From contig MU059614.1 in the NCBI GenBank assembly GCA_013265495.1, forward strand, positions 1,465,601 to 1,529,600: a stretch of 64,000 bases of DNA, given 5' to 3'. The DNA is from Vicugna vicugna (lineage: Eukaryota). Within the stretch, counting starts at the first letter, position 1, and each line of letters starts with the position of its first letter. Made by a program: the position numbers and the translations under genes. Below are positions 60,373 through 64,000 of this stretch, one piece after another. Below the pieces are notes generated by a model, which saw only the letters and a program-made list of their open reading frames with translations, ran no database searches and was not told the DNA's origin.

Positions 60373-60885
60373 ACCCCTGCCGGCGGCCAGCGCCCCGTCT
60401 CGACGGCCGAGGGCAGCGCCGAAGACCCCGAGGCCCACGGTTCGCCCGCGGTCTGCACGGTCCGGGGCGGGGGATGGAGACCCTCGGGGACTTCCGCACC
60501 TGACGTGGGAGCCTGCCCAGCCCGCGACCCCACTCGACGAGCGGCGGCCAGGATGGTGCTGGCCTCTGGTGGCCTGCCGGGGGATTGCCGGGGCCGGGCC
60601 GCCGCCGGGTGTCACCTGCTCCGAGGCTTTCCCGCTCCGTGCAGAGCGAAGATAGGGGTGCGTTTCACTGAGCCGAAGGCCGGACCTGGCCTTCCCCGCC
60701 AGCAGGGCGCCCCCCCGCGCCTCTCTCCCTTACGGGGAGACAGACCGGCGCAGAGTGCAGGTCGGGGCGCGCCAGCGTCCTGGCCTCAGGGGCGCAGTAT
60801 TACTTTGCCTTTCGCAGACTTTATTTTCTTAGGTTGAGAAGTTTTGTACAGAGAATAAAACATGAAATTATTTATAATCTGGGTT
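60373..60885 (+). other. SREBF1: SREBF1 3'UTR with AATAAA at 60854-60859
   Basis: Follows TAG; AATAAA followed by U/GU-rich ctgggttttg; cleavage site inferred. Confidence 0.75.
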
Positions 60886-61492
60886 TTGCTCCTTTGAGAA
60901 GGGGTTATGTGCTGCCCAGAGGGCAACCTATGGGCCGTCCCTACCCCCAGCACCCAGGCAAAGGCTTCCTATGCCCGCCTGCTATATGGGACAAAATTTC
61001 CCCCCTTGAGATGTTATGGGAGGCCAGGCCGCTCGACCTCTAGTTGACCCAGATCCCACTGATCACTGGGCCACAGATTTGGGCTGTATCATATTGTAAC
61101 TCCTAGGGCCCGGATGGTCTCAGCTGTTCCTTCTTGCTGCCTCTCCCACCTTCTACCCCTTCAGATCCCAGGGTGGCATGGAGGGACACTGTGTTCTTGG
61201 GGATCTGTTGACAGGAGGAGCTACAACCTGGGTCTCCCTGTGTGTCTGGGATGTCAGTCTCCCCTCCCGGACCCCTGTCCCCTGGGCAGCTGTCTGCTCA
61301 CCTGTGGCCACGTGGGTATAGTCTGGGCAGCAGGGCTTCTGTCCTGTTCCTGCAGTAACCTAGAATCCCCGACTCCCCATTCCTGTCCCCAGAACCCCAC
61401 CCTCCATCCCACCCTTTCCCTGAAGCCCCGCCCCTCCCCCAGGACAATCTGGTCAGAATCCACTGGCTGCAGAATTCCAAAACAATCGTCGT

Positions 61493-61840
61493 NNNNNNNN
61501 NNNNNNNNNNNNNNNNNNNNNNNNNNNNNNNNNNNNNNNNNNNNNNNNNNNNNNNNNNNNNNNNNNNNNNNNNNNNNNNNNNNNNNNNNNNNNNNNNNNN
61601 NNNNNNNNNNNNNNNNNNNNNNNNNNNNNNNNNNNNNNNNNNNNNNNNNNNNNNNNNNNNNNNNNNNNNNNNNNNNNNNNNNNNNNNNNNNNNNNNNNNG
61701 ATATAATACNNNNNNNNNNNNNNNNNNNNNNNNNNNNNNNNNNNNNNNNNNNNNNNNNNNNNNNNNNNNNNNNNNNNNNNNNNNNNNNNNNNNNNNNNNN
61801 NNNNNNNNNNNNNNNNNNNNNNNNNNNNNNNNNNNNNNNN
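61493..61840. other. Assembly gaps (61493-61699 and 61710-61840) separated by a 10-base island
   Basis: Two runs of n around gatataatac. Confidence 1.
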
Positions 61841-62799
61841 GTGGCCCGGACGGTGGTGGCTGCGTGGGGAAGGGGGCATCGCTGGAGCCCCCTTCTCCGC
61901 AGGGCCCCTTGCTGAGGGGCGCACGACACACGGAGAAGCGAGCATGTTCCCAACATATATACATTCTATGTGACATATATATAGAGGGGCACACAGGTGT
62001 GTACGTGGATCTGGCGCTGTCTCCACTCCCGTGGGAGTGACGCTGCGGTCCCTGGAGGCAGGTGGTCGTGCAGAGGGACGGTAACGCGTCTGCCGGGGGT
62101 GCACTCTGGTCGAGACTCTTGCGCTCTGGGGAAGGGGCGGCCTGGAAGGGGGACGACCAAGCCAGTAGGGGCCAGTCCCGCCCACGCCCGGGGAGCCTGC
62201 ATCCCCTGAGCATGGGACCCAGACTCTCGGCCCTGCCCGACCGGCACGGAGGTTCTGACCGAGGCTGATCGGTTAGGGCATACAGCCTCCAGCTCCTCCT
62301 GCGCCGGCCTCGCCCTCTCCGGAGAGACTTCGGCTGCCCCCGCCCCCAGCCTCGTTCAAGGAGGGACAGCCTCTTCCCTGGCTCTTCGGACCCCACCCCA
62401 CCCCAGGGTGCCCGGCTGCGTGCCACGACCGACCCACGTGGAATGTGCACCACGTCGTCCGGGAATTTCCAGGGGTGAAGCGTGTCCCCAGACTAGACGC
62501 CTTCCACCCCCATCCTGGCCCGGCTCCCCCTCTCCAAGCCGGGCCGGGGGATGGGGACGAGAAAGCCCTGTATCGTCCGGTTCCGGGAGCAGACGGATCC
62601 GAAACCTGCTTCCTTTCCAAGCCGGGACCACTCGCCGCAGCCAGAGGCGGCCAGATCCAAGATCCGGGGTCCGGATCAGGGATCGGCTCTGGACCCGCGC
62701 AGGGCGCAGCTCAAAGGCCCGGGGGCTGGGCAGGCGACTCCGCTCCTCGGTGGCGGGCGGGCGGGCTCCGGCGGCTTCTCCGGCCGTGGGGTGGGTGGG
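61700..62799 (-). other. RAI1: RAI1 3'UTR (distal end hidden in the gap), CpG-rich
   Basis: Follows the TAA; minus-strand TATATATGTCACATAGAATGTATATATGTTGGGAACATGCTCGC resembles the human RAI1 3'UTR from memory. Confidence 0.75.
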
Positions 62800-62814
62800 T
62801 TACAAAGGCAGCCT
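62800..62814 (-). CDS. RAI1: RAI1 last exon coding part (RLPL*)
   Basis: Minus strand cttccgtgcag|AGG CTG CCT TTG TAA; phase fits the preceding exon. Confidence 0.88.
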   Translation of the reverse strand, partial: RLPL

Positions 62815-63030
62815 CTGCACGGAAGAGGAGAGCCGCGGCCGCCCGCTGTGGATGGCGTGGGAGTAGCAGGGGCTCCCTCCTCCAGGCCCGTCCCGTCGGC
62901 GGCTCTTCCTTCCTCCCGGCCCCCACCTGGGACGGCCCCGCCCCCAGCACCTGCCGGTCTTTAAGTAGTCCCGGCCCGCACGTGCCGTCGGCCCGGCCCC
63001 CGCCCCGGGGGAAGGCTCGTGATCACCCAC

Positions 63031-63080
63031 CTTATGTTTGGGGCATTTCAAAGAAAAGTTCTCTTCGATGAAGATGCAAC
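63031..63080 (-). CDS. RAI1: RAI1 penultimate exon (ePHD end, GCIFIEENFSLKCPKHK)
   Basis: Minus strand ctcacag|GT TGC ATC...CAT AAG|gtgggt; 50 nt; RAI1/TCF20-type extended PHD C-terminus. Confidence 0.93.
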
Positions 63081-64000
63081 CTGTGAGCAAAGAGAAGTTT
63101 AGCGGTCAGGACAGCGTCCTATCCAGCTGAGAAGAGGGCCCACCGCCCACAGGCCCTAGGCTGCTGGGTTCTTTCCGAAGAGTAAGTCAGACCCTGCTTG
63201 AAATCCAACAGTATACGAACTCCACCCGCCCTCCAGCCCCACAGGCCTGATTGTCCTTGGCTCTCGCCTTCCCTCCTCTCTGGAACACCCCTTTTCCTTA
63301 CGAGGCCTCCCCGGACTCTGCAGTCTCACCCTCCGCCCCCAACCTCCTGAGCCACACTTTGCTGGACCACACTGGTCACTCCCTCCTAGTGGTCTCTGCC
63401 CCACTGCAGGGCAAGCTCCCAGCCCAGCCCCGAGGAGGCCTTGACACCCAGGGGTGCTCAATGAACCCATGCTGATGGACTGGGCAGGGTGGTGCACTCC
63501 CAGGCTAGACTCCAGCCCCAGGTGAGTGCATGCGTGCGTGCATTGTGAGGTCGTTCCTGTGAGGCCCTGAGGGGCAGGCTGACCTGAGCATGCAGGCAGG
63601 GGCGAGGAGGGGATGGAGGTCCCAGGTCTGAGTGAATGTTAGCACAAGTCTGAGTGAGCGGGGTTCTGCCCACCTGGTGAGCAGAGGATGGCTGGGGGTG
63701 GGGGGCCTTCATGGCTCAGTCCCCTGCCTGCTGCCACCGAGGGAGGCCCTGACTTTCCCCTGGATCCTCCACACACCACCCGCTGGTCCCCTTCTGGGCT
63801 CATCCCCTGCCTCCCCAGGGGATGCTGGCCACTGATCTGAACAAACTCGAAACCCACAAATAGCCAATCGAGTCCTTCTCCTGCTCACACCGTGGCCCGC
63901 AGCACCAGGGCAGCAGTGGCCATAGGCAGAGCGGGAGGGGAGCAGGGCTGGGGAGTCTCCAGAGCTGTCTCCCCTCTTGGCTACCCACCTCCCGCCAGAG

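Noticed and set aside
61114-62453. Long ORFs spanning the N gaps (308, 399, 295 aa; also 21053-22087)
   Set aside because: Lengths are inflated because N codons cannot be stops

Overview
Mammalian, very GC-rich genomic window from the TOM1L2-SREBF1-RAI1 block, syntenic with the human Smith-Magenis region. It holds TOM1L2 coding exons 2-15 and 3'UTR (+ strand; exon 1 lies upstream of the window). It also holds the complete SREBF1 gene (+; exons 1a, 1c, 2-19; spliced SREBP-1a CDS 3450 nt = 1149 aa) with intronic miR-33b. The last two coding exons and 3'UTR of RAI1 are on the - strand, tail-to-tail with SREBF1. All exon boundaries were read as AG/GT with consistent phases. A tRNA-derived SINE and a young L1 3' end resemble camelid elements as I recall them, so the source is probably a camelid (inference). 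The most interesting unexplained structure is a set of AT-rich, splice-signal-bearing islands in TOM1L2 intron 12 (candidate 13-nt, 32/68-nt and 74-230-nt exons) whose phases complement each other. Other leads are a miR-33 8mer in the SREBF1 bHLH coding sequence, SRE/NF-Y/Sp1 and CRE/LXRE modules flanking exon 1a, a decayed relic of human SREBF1 exons 18c/19c, and AT-to-GC biased amino-acid changes in TOM1L2. All comparisons with human or mouse are from memory; no alignment was run. Most ORF-track entries are GC-rich noise.
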